In this document: positions 12,283 through 23,881 of the stretch, in pieces
How the letters are laid out: each line of letters opens with the position of its first letter
Numbering within the stretch: position 1 is the stretch's first letter
Origin: Schizosaccharomyces osmophilus
Taxonomy: Eukaryota
Assembly (NCBI RefSeq): GCF_027921745.1
Contig: NC_079238.1
Coordinates: forward strand, 4,402,001-4,466,000
Length of the DNA stretch: 64,000 nucleotides
Direction of reading: 5' to 3'
The notes under the pieces: model-generated
Seen by the model: the letters and a program-made list of their open reading frames with translations, nothing else
Database searches by the model: none
What the model was told of the DNA's origin: nothing
Translations under genes and position numbers: made by a program

Positions 12283-13388
12283 TTATCCATATAAGTCATC
12301 TGCGTAATTTTCGTCAGATGCAAATTCATCTTGAAGACTTTGTCCACTAGATCCTCCCCATTCATCTTCATCTGGATAACTGTTTTGATAAAAGCTTTCT
12401 GCATTTGAATCCTCGTCAATCTCATCCCGCAACGGGTCTTCGTCTTCGCCATCTTGCTTTTCTGATACAAGCTCATTTTCAAGCGATTCACGAAACGCAT
12501 CAGGAACACTAAGAGCGTCAATGACTCCGTATCCGGTCGGAGGTTTGGATGGCTCTTGATTTGATGCCTCATAAATGTCATATACATATTCTTCATTAGC
12601 TTGTTGGAGAGGCAAATCACCATTTGAAAGGTATTCATGAATCATTGAATCCAATTGAGGATGGGTGTGATACATCCCTTGACTAAAAGTGCGATGTTAG
12701 CTGGAGATTCTAGTGACAAATATCGTCGGTCTCATCAAGAAGCTGAAGCGACCTACCATAAAACCTACCTTTTCTGAAGACGAATAGCGTCAAAGACTTT
12801 TTCATCTTTTGCGGATGGTAAATTTTGAATTGCAAATCTCGGAGAATCCAAAGTAGGAGGTATAGATGGCGCGGATTTTTTAATATCCAAATCCATATGT
12901 GAATGAACTTTTGGAATTGCAGGTTCAGAAGGTTGAACGATGGGGATTCCATAAGAGTTCTCCTTTGGCAAAGAAGGCTTGCTGCTAGCATTTGCTAATT
13001 TTTGAAGATTTGTTGCAGGCGAAGGATGAACATTGTTTAAATTTGACACATATTCTCTATCGTTCTTTAACGTTTGAGAGAGTCTAAAAACTTTTTTTGT
13101 ATATTAGTTTTCTTTAGTCATTTGAAATTATCTAAGTGTTTTAACATTGACGAAATGACTCTATAAAGCAATAGGATCCATTCATCGTATACTTACAATA
13201 CCGACCGGAAGATTTTCTTTTTTTGGCGATTGCTCGTTCTCCAATTTCATTTCCAAGTTCTAAATCTGATAAATATTAGTCACTGTTTTTAAAAGCCTTG
13301 GTAGCTTTTTTTTTTCTTCTTCCTTACATAGAGCATTGACAGGATCATCAACTGCTTTTCTTTTGACACGTAAAACTGGTAGAGGCAT
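12283..13388 (-). CDS. iwr1: RNA polymerase II nuclear import factor Iwr1 (multi-exon)
   Basis: First exon MPLPVLRVKRKAVDDPVNAL at 13388; last exon EYVYDIY...DEDSNAESFYQNSYPDED (Iwr1 signature). Confidence 0.88.
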
Positions 13389-13952
13389 AGTTTTTTCTAA
13401 TTAATTTACAAGAACAAATGTCCATTGACCGTTTCAACGGCTCGTAAACAAAAGCAACTCTATTATGTTGTTGGTAGCTTTTTTCACCACTGGGTAAAAT
13501 ACAAACAAATCACGAAGCACCCTTTTCATCGAAGTGTAGATTTGGATTTTAAAAAAGCTTTGAACTTTTAATAGACTGTTTTTGTTTAAAAGCTGTTTTT
13601 AGCAAATGTAAGACATGCTTTCAAATTTTTTTTCTCTATTCCATTCTAAGATGGTAAACTAACGTACAAGCAAATAGTTGAAGATTATAACAAAACATAT
13701 TTCTACAAAACAACCTCTATTTTTCGTAACTACGAGCTTCTTTCGTAACACTTGAACCCCAAGCCAAAGGTAAGACGAACCGGTTTCACCACGACGAAGA
13801 GGGTGGACATTTCCAATAATACGAAAGAAAACAAGCTTATAAATTTTCTATCAAAAGGACTTTTTCCTTTGAATCCTCAGTCAGCAGTCTAGGTTGATAC
13901 GTAGAAATTTTATACATAGGAATAGTTGCAAACACCAACTGACCATATCACG

Positions 13953-14678
13953 ATGCTTGAAAATTGGTGGACAATAGTCATTGCGCTTGCAACGATTCCC
14001 TTAGCTGCATTAATAATATTTTCCCTTCTCTTTGCATCAAAAAAGACCATTCAGAGAAAAACACCGGCCATCTTTTTGGTGGGACCTAGTGAGTCGGGAA
14101 AAACGACCTTGTTTTGTCAGGTAGGATAGATAACATAAAAAGCATTTTATTAACGTATTTTCTTTAGCTTGTTTACGAAAAGAGCAAGTCTACTGTGCCG
14201 AGTATCGAACCAAACGAGGCTTTATGGAAAGAAGATGTCGTCCTCGTAGATTTACCCGGACATGCTAGAACAAAGCATTGGACAGAAAAGAAATTGAATG
14301 AAAGTTATGATGTACGGCTTGTGGTTTTTGTTTTGAACAGCGCAACGCTGGACCGAGATTTGCATGAAATTGGACTCGCTTTATTTGACGTGCTACTAAA
14401 ATGTAGAAAGCTCAAGGTACCGAAAGCTCTAGTAGCATGCAACAAATTTGATTTGTTTACTGCACAACCAGCAAAACAGATCCAGGCGGCTGTGATGAAA
14501 GAATTGGACAATATTTTTGAAGAAAAGGAATCTCAGCTCGATTCCATAGTAACAGAAGACGTCGACTGGGATGAACTTCGCCCTCAGCTCGAAGACATCC
14601 AATTAGAGTTTCTTTCAGGAAGCGCTTTGAAAGGCACCAACATGAATCAATGGATTGAATGGATGGAATCCTCTCTCT

Positions 14679-14680
<2 letters not shown>
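13953..14680 (+). CDS. srp102: Signal recognition particle receptor beta subunit (2 exons)
   Basis: N-terminal TM, P-loop [18 protein letters not shown]; intron about 14121-14167. Confidence 0.92.

Positions 14681-14682
<2 letters not shown>

Positions 14683-14710
<28 letters not shown>
14683..14710. repeat. (AG)14 microsatellite
   Basis: Directly visible 2 bp after the srp102 stop codon. Confidence 0.95.
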
Positions 14711-14717
<7 letters not shown>

Positions 14718-15248
14718 CAACACACACACGGTTGACCGTTTCTGCATTTCGTTCCTTCATTTGTATTCTATTTATAATCTATTACGATTTGTTGTTCCAT
14801 GGAGTGAGAGCTTGATGATTTTGTGGTCACTGTTCCTTGGAATGCCAACTGTCTATGGCAAACAGCGATTCGATTCTGTCTTTTTGCTTGTTTCAAGAAA
14901 ATGGCAACGGTTTAACAGACCTCTTCATTGCTAAGCTACTGTAGATAAATTTCTATATATAATCTTGCTAATATTTTATTGCTTCTTTACAAATTTCATC
15001 ATCTACAAGGTATAGGTAAGTACAAGTTTGCTACAATGAATATAGAAATTATAATCTTCAACAAATAAATGACATTGAAATTAATAAGGAAAATAGACAA
15101 AGGGAATAAGGAGTACATGTATATGTATATGTATGAAATTGATACGCTTCTGCAGGAGAGCAAAGGTAAAAGCGCATGGGGAGAAAATTGATAGGATAGA
15201 TAGGCGGTCAACGTGACCAGCACGTAAAAAAAAGAATCGTTCATCCAT

Positions 15249-16331
15249 TTAGCATTCAAACATAGTTTCAGCAATAATACCAGTGACAAGGTAAGGGTCG
15301 ATGGAGGAAGCAGGACGGCGATCCTCAAAGTAACCGCAACCCTTCATAGCGACGGAACGGGGGATACGAACAGAGGCACCACGGTCAGCAATACCATAAT
15401 TGAATTTATCAATGGCACCAGTTTCATGTTTACCGGTGAGACGCAAGTCATTATCTTCACCATAAACCTTGATGTGGTCCATATGACGCTTGGCGAACTT
15501 TTCGAGGTATTGCTCGATGACCTTCATACCACCTTCGGCACGGCTATCCTTGGTGGAGATGTTTGTGTGGCAACCAGCACCATTCCAGTCACCCAAAATA
15601 GGCTTGGGATGGAAAGAGATCTTGACACCAAAATCTTCGGCAATACGGTGAAGAAGGAAACGAGACATCCAGAGTTGGTCGCTCATTGAGATACCGCGGC
15701 AAGGACCAACCTGGTATTCCCATTGAGAAGGCATGACCTCGGCATTCACACCAGAAATGTTGATACCGGCGTAGAGACAGGCCTTGTAGTGGGCCTCGAC
15801 GATATCACGGGCAAAGACGTTGCCGGTACCGACACCACAATAAAAGGGGCCTTGAATACCGGGGAAGCCACCCTTAGGCCAGCCGAAAGGGCGGTCATAG
15901 TAGTCTAGCATTGTGTATTCTTGCTCAATGCCAAACCAGATATCCTGGTCGGCATGCTTTTCCATAAGCTTGACGCAAGCATCACGGTGATTGAAGTGGT
16001 TAGCAGAGCCATCGGCCTTGTAACAAGCGGAGAGAACGAGAATGTTATCGCCACGACGGATGGGATCTCTATACATAGCAATGGGTTTCAAAAGGGTATC
16101 AGAGTCATTACCAGGGGCTTGGCCGGTGGAAGACCCGTCGAAATTCCAAACGCGCAAGTCATCCAAAGACTTTGGTTTTTCTTCAAGGGTCATGGTTTTG
16201 CTGCGAAGGTGGTTGAATCCATCAATCCAGATATATTCAGCCATTACCTTGGTATCTAAAGGTTCAAGATTGGCATACTTGGCCAAAATCGAGGCCTTGG
16301 ACATGAGAGGTTCAACGTCGTATTGGGACAT
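15249..16331 (-). CDS. gln1: Glutamine synthetase (type II)
   Basis: [52 protein letters not shown]. Confidence 0.98.
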   Translation of the reverse strand: MSQYDVEPLMSKASILAKYANLEPLDTKVMAEYIWIDGFNHLRSKTMTLEEKPKSLDDLRVWNFDGSSTGQAPGNDSDTLLKPIAMYRDPIRRGDNILVLSACYKADGSANHFNHRDACVKLMEKHADQDIWFGIEQEYTMLDYYDRPFGWPKGGFPGIQGPFYCGVGTGNVFARDIVEAHYKACLYAGINISGVNAEVMPSQWEYQVGPCRGISMSDQLWMSRFLLHRIAEDFGVKISFHPKPILGDWNGAGCHTNISTKDSRAEGGMKVIEQYLEKFAKRHMDHIKVYGEDNDLRLTGKHETGAIDKFNYGIADRGASVRIPRSVAMKGCGYFEDRRPASSIDPYLVTGIIAETMFEC

Positions 16332-16728
16332 ATTGCAAGAGACTTTTTAAAACAAAAGAAAATATAAAAAAAAGGGGAAAAGCAAAATCAAATGAGAACC
16401 GATGAAACCTTGGAATTTCTCTAAGAATAAAAAATCAAAAAAAAAAGAAAGGAAGGAAGGGAAAGAAAAGAAAAGAAAACTCGATCAAAAACTATGAAAC
16501 GAGAAAATTAAGATGCAATTGAAATTTCAGCACACCTTCTTCTATACAAATATTTTTCGAGGAATGATGATGAACTAAAAACCAAAAACAATAAAAGAAT
16601 AAGGATTCTAATTATATGATTATAAAAAAAAAATAAAAAGGGAAGGTTTTATGTGCCTTTTTACCTAATCCTTGTAGTAGGGAAACCGGTGTTTTGCTGA
16701 AGGTAGTAGACAGGGCCCCCGCGAGTCT

Positions 16729-16957
16729 TTTATATAAGCGTAAATATCAAGGTCAAATTTTCTTACCGACAAGGTCGCGTACTGCTGCTCATCCCATTGA
16801 TAGATACAGGGTTCGGGTTTTTCGAGGAAGAGAGGCGGAATATGATTGGAGGAAAGGATCTTAGGTGGAAGAAAAACTCCGCCAATGAGGTGGCGCACAT
16901 TTCAGAGAGATAATCAATACCTAATGATTGGGACTGGCTTTCGTAAGATAAGATAAG
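16729..16957 (-). promoter_or_regulatory. Putative gln1 promoter: TATA box, CCAAT and clustered GATA sites
   Basis: TATATAAA on the minus strand at 16729-16736; CCAAT 16882-16886; GATAA 16909-16913; GATAAGATAAG 16947-16957; GATA control fits a nitrogen-assimilation gene. Confidence 0.5.
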
Positions 16958-17122
16958 CAGCTGATGCATAGCATAAGGAGTATCGGAAAGGTTCGTTAAC
17001 AGGGAAAGAGCGAGGTAGAGTAAAGCATTTTTGTTTTCCTTGCATATTTGTTGTTGAGGGTTCATTTTTCGTTTTCTTTTGTTTCCGTTTGTTGGTCTTT
17101 GGTCTTTGGTTTGCCTTCTCTA

Positions 17123-17177
17123 CCGTTTGTCGTTTGTCGTTTGCCGTCTGCCGCCTGCCGCCGCCGTCTGCCGTCTG
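17123..17177. repeat. Degenerate GC-rich 7-mer minisatellite (consensus YCGTYTG, about 8 units)
   Basis: ccgtttg tcgtttg tcgtttg ccgtctg ccgcctg ccgccg ccgtctg ccgtctg. Confidence 0.85.
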
Positions 17178-17826
17178 CGGCTTCTCCAGCTCCTCCAGCT
17201 CCTCTTAGAGACCCCAATGAAGGCCAAGTGGGGGGGGGGTCTCTTGGCAATCCAACGTTGACATGGGGATGGGGTGGTTCTCCATCTGAATAAGATACAG
17301 CGGATCTTTATGTTCTGGAAGCGAAGAATCTGCTGTACAACAAAATCATTTGTCACGCTTATAGAGGGTTTGTTTTTGTTTTTGTTTATTGTTTTATTTT
17401 TGTTTTTGTTTTTCTTTTTGTTTCTCCTTCTTTCTTGAATTCGTCTCAATGGTTTGGTTTCCCTTGTGATTTCTTTTTTCCTACGTAGCTGTCCATGCAC
17501 TGCTTGTGGATAAGATTGGTATCTTTTACGAGTCCATAATTATGGTGTTCATTCGAGAAACAACCACAAGAAAAAAAAAAAAAAAACAGCGATACGTGAA
17601 CGATCACAAACCATCCACAATCGTCCTTGACCTGCTCTGCCTCCTTCTGTTGTCTCGCGCTGCCCTACTTTTATCCATGTCGAAATGTGGGTTCATCTAA
17701 CTTCTTTGTGGGGGTGGACTCGCGCTTTTTTGGAAATCAATCGAAAGCCTTTATGGGGGTATTTGCGGGGGTCACTCTTCAAGGAAGCTTCCTGGTAAAC
17801 AATAACAATCAATCCAATAGGACAAG

Positions 17827-19183
17827 TTACGGCTCTTCCTCAGCAATCGAACCTCCTCCTAAACAAGTCTCCTCCTTGTACATGGCCAAAACTTGACCTG
17901 GGGTGAGCGCCCGTTGAGGAGTTTCAAACTCAACAACACATCCTCCGTCCTCTTGCAACCATGCTTTTGCTGGCTCAAGTGGCTGCTGGTGTCGAACGCG
18001 CACAAAGCACTCCATAGGCTTCCCTTTCGATGAACTCGCTTCTTGTCGAATCCACTCTGTCGACCATGTCCAAGGATGGACCCGGATTCGGTTTTGAAAT
18101 AGCAATGGGTTCCTGCTTCCCCGACAAATATGTACCGTATTCGTCAAAGATTCCTTCTTCCAAATATACCATCGTCCTTCGAACTCTGGATCACCCTGGG
18201 GAAGACTCAATCCACATCGCTCTCCAATCGTAAATGACCAAACTCCCGTCGACGGAGGGTAAACGCCCACCACCCTTCCCTTCGCTACAACACGTATTGG
18301 TTCATTCGAAAAATTCAAGTATCGACCCAGAAAGTTTCGAAAGTGGCTCCCCACATTTGGCGATACAAAACACAGTCCTTGACTTTCAAGTCGTTCTACA
18401 CTCTCTTGTAGCCCTGCTTCAGCAGCCATCCTTTTGACTTCTTTCTTCTCCAGGTTATGCAGCGGGAAAATGGTTCGCTGAAGCGCTTTTTCTTGGACCG
18501 TGCACAAAAATAACGTTTGATCTTTCCATCTATCTTTCGGAAGACAAAGTGCCACCCGATCGTCCCTTTCGTTCCTCATCGTTTTCGCATAGTGTCCTGT
18601 AGCTAGCCACCATTGCTGACCCTCCCGAGACACTTCCTTTTCCAGTGCCTCGTACAATGCTCCAAACTTGACATACCGATTGCAAGGCACGTCTGGGTTC
18701 GGCGTGCATCCTCGCTCATATTGCTCCAAACTCGGCTCAAATACCCGATTCCAGTACTCCTTTTCGAAATTAAATCTCCGTATGGGAATCTCTAGTTGCT
18801 TGCATATTTTTTGAACAAGCAACCAGTCTCGTTCCGCAGGACATCCCCCCGGTGCATCCTCCTCGTCCAGCCAATTTCGCATAAATACACCTTCTACATT
18901 CAACTCCTACAACCAAATGGCACGTTAGTTTCTCCATGTTCCACCTACGACTACGAACCTGGCGTTTTAACAAGTATGCCGAATAGCTCGAATCCACGCC
19001 TCCAGACATGGCCACAAACACTAGAATTCAAATTAAATCAGTTTTCCTTCCATCGTATTCCACAAACTCTTCTCCAAACGTACCTTTATCTTGCTTTCGC
19101 GGCCATTGTACTTGGAAGGGCTCTGCTTTCCATCCCCTCACAAATGTTTTTGCATTTTGGCAAAAAGCCTTTGTTATTTTCAT
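17827..19183 (-). CDS. slm3: Mitochondrial tRNA 2-thiouridylase (MnmA/Mtu1), multi-exon
   Basis: VFVAMSGGVDSS, GVFMRNW, TPNPDVPCNRYVKFG, LATGHYA, KDQTLFL, ESQGLCFV, ALTPGQ; 5' exon MKITKAF... at 19183. Confidence 0.93.
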
Positions 19184-19779
19184 AAACAGCTTCCAATGCA
19201 ATCGTTCAAGTAGAGCAATGTCAAAAACAAACGCGTTGTACTATATGCACCCTAATGACTGAGGTAGAAGGAAACAATAGCAACAAGACTCTTTTTTTTG
19301 GTTCATCTGGAAGTTCAAAGTCTTGCCATTTCTCTTCCACTTCTTATTTTCTTCATTGAATTCATTTATTTTTTTTTTGTTCTCAAAGACAATTCTTCTT
19401 GCGAAACCGAATAGAACTCTTCCAACGGGGAAACGAAAATGTCCCCACAATAGCCAACCTCCTCCAGACTTGTAGCTTTCAAATAAATAAAATCTTTCCT
19501 TTTCATCTTTTCATCTATTCCACATGTACAATTCAGCTCTTTCCTTTCCTTTTCCCTCTTTAATCTGACTTTTGTTTATCCATGGTTTGTTTACTAACGT
19601 ATGCTCTAGACCGCGGTATATTGAATTATTGCATTCAGCAATTGATCGGTATATCCCCAAACACAGAAAATCAGCAGTCTGTCATTCATTACAATTACCA
19701 AAAACAAAAGGAGAACGTGAATGCAAAGTCTGTAGGAGGTTTGAAGACTACATATATCTACTTAAAAAAGAAAGAAAAC

Positions 19780-20544
19780 ATGTTCACTTTTAAACCGTTC
19801 TTCTTACTTCTTTCCCTTCTTGTGTGCGCTGTTCAGGCTGTTCACTTTGACATTCCGGCCAAGTTGAATCCAGAAAGCTTTTGCTTGCGTGAATATGCTG
19901 GAGAAAAAGCAGTGATGATTGTGTTTGTGAAAACAAGCGGTAACCGTGGTGATGGTCAAAAGCTTAGCATGGAAATTAAAGACTCTCAAGGCACTGTTCA
20001 TTCAAGTGTTCAAAATATCATTGATGAAGAGCGCATTGTCTCGGATGTATCCAGACCTACTGTGATTGATATTTGTTTTAAGAATACTTTGCAACCAGGT
20101 ATGTCTTTCGTGATGTGACACTCAAACTAGAAAACATCAGGATGGAAGCTGTTCATCTTGGACTTTGTTTTCTGTTTCAGGAGTATTCCGAAGGAATTAT
20201 GAATTAACAATTTAGGTGCTATGGAATCTGAACACAAAAAACGTTCTATCAAGCTAGACTTCAACATCGGAGCTGATGCTCAAGATTACTCTGCTTTACA
20301 AAAAGCTTACAACCTTGAACCAGTAGAAGCTGATCTTCAGCGTGCAAAGGACTTTATAAATGAGGTGAAAGATAAAATGTACTACTTACAAGCCCGCGAA
20401 ACTAAATTCCGCAATACCAACGAAAGTACAAATGGACGTGTCAAAAACTTTGCTTACCTTACCTTCATTACCTTGATCGTATTGGTAACTTGGCAAATTC
20501 TTTATCTTCGTTCTTTCTTCCAGCGAAAGCACCTTATTCCTTAA
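19780..20544 (+). CDS. erv25: p24-family COPII vesicle protein Erv25 (2 exons)
   Basis: Signal peptide, GOLD domain, RNTNESTNGRV, C-terminal TM plus WQILYLRSFFQRKHLIP; intron 20099-20215. Confidence 0.92.
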
Positions 20545-20960
20545 AAAGCTTAGCTTTTAATTTGTATATGCAGACCGTGATACAGCGATGGTAGGCTGTA
20601 CCATATGAAAGCTATACTTATGCTTCTTTATTATTTTATTTCAATGCCGTTTAGAGATGGATTGATTTGTCATGAATCTGTGTAAAACCGGGACTCACAT
20701 ATACAACGATCTTTTATTTCTATCATAATACATGCTCCAGTGAATTAAAAAAAATCAAAGTATGTAATATTACTATTCATTAATTAAGATTAAAATAAGT
20801 TAAGAAAACAAAAAGGAAAACAAATGAAAACTGAATCTTTCTAGTAGTGAAGCGAAAGATTCATTTGCTTCAACGACAGTAAGACTTCAAAGCAAAACAG
20901 ATTACACGTAAAGCATAACAAAAATAACAGCAGAATCAATGAAAGTCATTCAAAAAGTCG

Positions 20961-22703
20961 TTAAATGATTTTCTGGAGAAACCGTTTAACGACTTCAAAA
21001 CAGGGCATGGGATTATTGATCGGCGAAGCCTTATTACTAGAAAACCGTATGTCAATAATATTTGCCAATGAACCAAGAGAAAACACTTCAAACGCCAAAT
21101 AAACAACAAAATTGTCAGAGTTGAATTTCGCATCTATGCGGTATTTACTTTCGCGTAAGAACTCTTCTGTACTGTAAGGGAGAAAGGAAGCACCAAGTTG
21201 CTGTAAGCTCTGGCAAAATTGCAACAAGATTTGTCGAGGAGGTTTATTTGATTGTATACCAAAATGCCATCGAAAGGTTCGTATCCGAGTTGATGTGGGC
21301 GACTGCAATTTGCGAAAATTATACGTATTTCCCATGTAAGTTGCATGTTCGCTGGGAAGAGATGTCGGTAAAATACTGACATGTGATTGGGGCGACGAAT
21401 TGGAGTAACCTGTGGCTGCAGTAGAGGCACCCTTTGTGTCAGACTTTGTAGGTGAGTTTGGAATAGAACCTGCATAGAAAATACCTTGAAAAGGCAGAGT
21501 TTCGACAGAGGAACTAAGGTCGCTGTTGGTCGAGGCAGAAAACTGAGGGTATGAAAATTCCAAAGAAGGATTTGATACTTTGTTTTGGACATTAAAAGTA
21601 GAATTTGGTGATGAACCAAAAAGTTTTGCTAATTCAGCTGGGTAATAGCTGACAGGATGTTGTTTCTCAGGTGAGGAAAAAGAATTATGCGAGGACAGGT
21701 GATAAGATGGAAGTCTATCAGCTATAAACCAAGGATGCTGAATAATTTCACCAATTTTGATTCTGGAAGTAGGGATGACAGTGAGCATCCGTCGGATTAA
21801 ATCGGTAGCACTTGTAGAAACGTGAGAAGGTACGGTGTAAATGCCTTTGCAAGCACGACTTAAAACATTAGATATGGTGACATCCTCAAAGGGAAATTCA
21901 CCGGTAAGCATGAGATAGAGCAGGATTCCACAACCCCAAATATCCACATCACACCCATCATAATACCGGCCTTGAATGACTTCGGGAGCGGCATAATGAG
22001 GAGTTCCGCAAGAAGTTCTTAAAAATGTACCATCATACATAAAATTGGAAAGGCTAAAATCACTAAGCTTCACGGTGAAGTCCTTAGAAAGAAGAATGTT
22101 TTCAAGCTTCAGGTCGCGATGAGACACATTGTTTTGGTGACAGTATTCAACAGCAAATACTACTTGTTGAAATATCCTGCGAGCTACGGACTCGTTTAAA
22201 CGCTTGCATTTTGCGAGGATACTGTGAAGGTCGGTGTCCATGTATTCCAATGCGAGCACTGTATACTTTGGGACACGAAGCACTTGGTACAGAGAGAGGA
22301 TATTTGGATGCTGAAACTTCCGCAGAATCATGACTTCTCGTAAAACATGGTTCCAAATACACTCATCTTCCATCTCCGCATTGCGTATCATTTTCAATGC
22401 GACCCTTTCTTCCGTCTCCCAGTGGATCCCTACTAAACAGAAACAAAGTTAGTAAGTTTTAGTACAGACAAAGGGAAGAATGATTCGTCGAGGAACTCTT
22501 CAAAAAAGAAAGCTGGATGTCAAAGACGTCACAAGCCGAGTGCTTTCTGTGAACTTCCTCGAGAAGGATTGCTTCCCATTCAACATACACTTCACTTTGG
22601 CAAGATTACCCTCGCCCAAAGTCCTTCCCAACTTCCAAGGACCAATGAATTGAGCTTCATCAACATTTCGAGTTTCAACCGATGAGAAAGCAGCGGTTTG
22701 CAT
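20961..22703 (-). CDS. ppk9: AMPK/Snf1-family Ser/Thr kinase (2 exons)
   Basis: LGRTLGEGNLAKVK; intron 22433-22588; HRDLKLEN, SDFSLSN, TSCGTPHYAAPE; AMPK-like C-terminal RWHFGIQS. Confidence 0.85.
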
Positions 22704-22894
22704 AGGGCACGAGCGACCACCTAGGATTTATGGAAATTTTTTATATTCAAGAAAAGAAAGAAACAGCATGGATTGAAAAACCAATATCTGTTGTTGTTAG
22801 CATAGAGTAGCTGGGAATGTCTAGTTCCTCAATAGCAATATAGTACGATTCTTGGGCATATCTGATTACAAGTTCGCTTAGATATGAGCGGTGA

Positions 22895-22905
22895 GTAAAC
22901 AAATA
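22895..22905 (+). promoter_or_regulatory. Forkhead/FLEX-like site upstream of ppk9
   Basis: GTAAACAAATA about 190 bp upstream of the ppk9 ATG. Confidence 0.45.
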
Positions 22906-23881
22906 AACGATTCCAAACAAAAAAAAAACAACACCCAGGATGCATAAAACAGCAAATTTCTTTTTTTATACTTTATCAACCTCGCTTATTCTTCTTTTAT
23001 GCTCATTTCTGGCTTCCTTGATTTTTTATGCACATCTTTTCATCTGCTACAGAAGTAAGTTATCTAAACGAGTAGATGAGGTATCCTAGCAAATAAACAA
23101 AGAAAAAAAAAGAAACCACATAAAATTGCAGCATTTCAACGTCGTTCAAACACAAGAATGGAATTTCAAGATGAATCAAACCCCTCGACTGAGCTTCCTG
23201 TAAGTTCTATTTCGCTTTTTTCCCACCCACTGGTTCCCTTATCTGATGATTCCAACGAAAGAACAAAGTGCGAAATTTATCGACTTCGAACAGGACCCAA
23301 AAGTTCATCCTTGCAAGATCACAAAATCTTCGTCAGTATTCACTGCATTACCATGGTTGATCCTGTCAACATTTTTGTTCCAATCGATTTCGTCCTTCGG
23401 ATCTGTCGAAAGGTTTTTTTACTGTCGGCCGCGGAGGAAAAATATGCTCGTTCATAAATGAATATGACAAATCATAGCATTAAAAGGTTCCTTCCTTTCT
23501 AGGTAGAAATTCATAAAACTATAACCTAAATATACTTGTATATACCTTTTTAAAAATCTGAATATAAAATTCTTTGAAAACTCTGGATGGTTTGTTGCTA
23601 TTCGTGCCAAGTCGCTTTGTTTACATTTTATCGGATTAGAGTTACACCTCGCTAAATTAGTAAACAACGGCTAAACCGAGCTCCGACGACAAGCTCCGTC
23701 CGAGTAAATTATGTTTGGATTACTTATAACCAAAACACAGACCATATTTATAGTCGCAGCGTAGTTCATCTTATTTTGTTCACTCTTTTCTTTTGTGCGA
23801 ATTCCCCTTTGTCCAGGGGACTACTCTTTATTTTTTATTTTTTTGGATTTGTTACTTTGACAGTAAATTAGAAACAGAAAT

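Noticed and set aside
14457..14934. ORFs with SL/ER dipeptide runs
   Set aside because: Artefacts of the (AG)14 microsatellite
15426..16350. Several plus-strand ORFs over gln1
   Set aside because: Antisense shadows of a highly codon-biased gene
17048..17700. Short ORFs in the gln1-slm3 intergenic region
   Set aside because: Kept open by simple repeats and A-tracts; low-complexity translations
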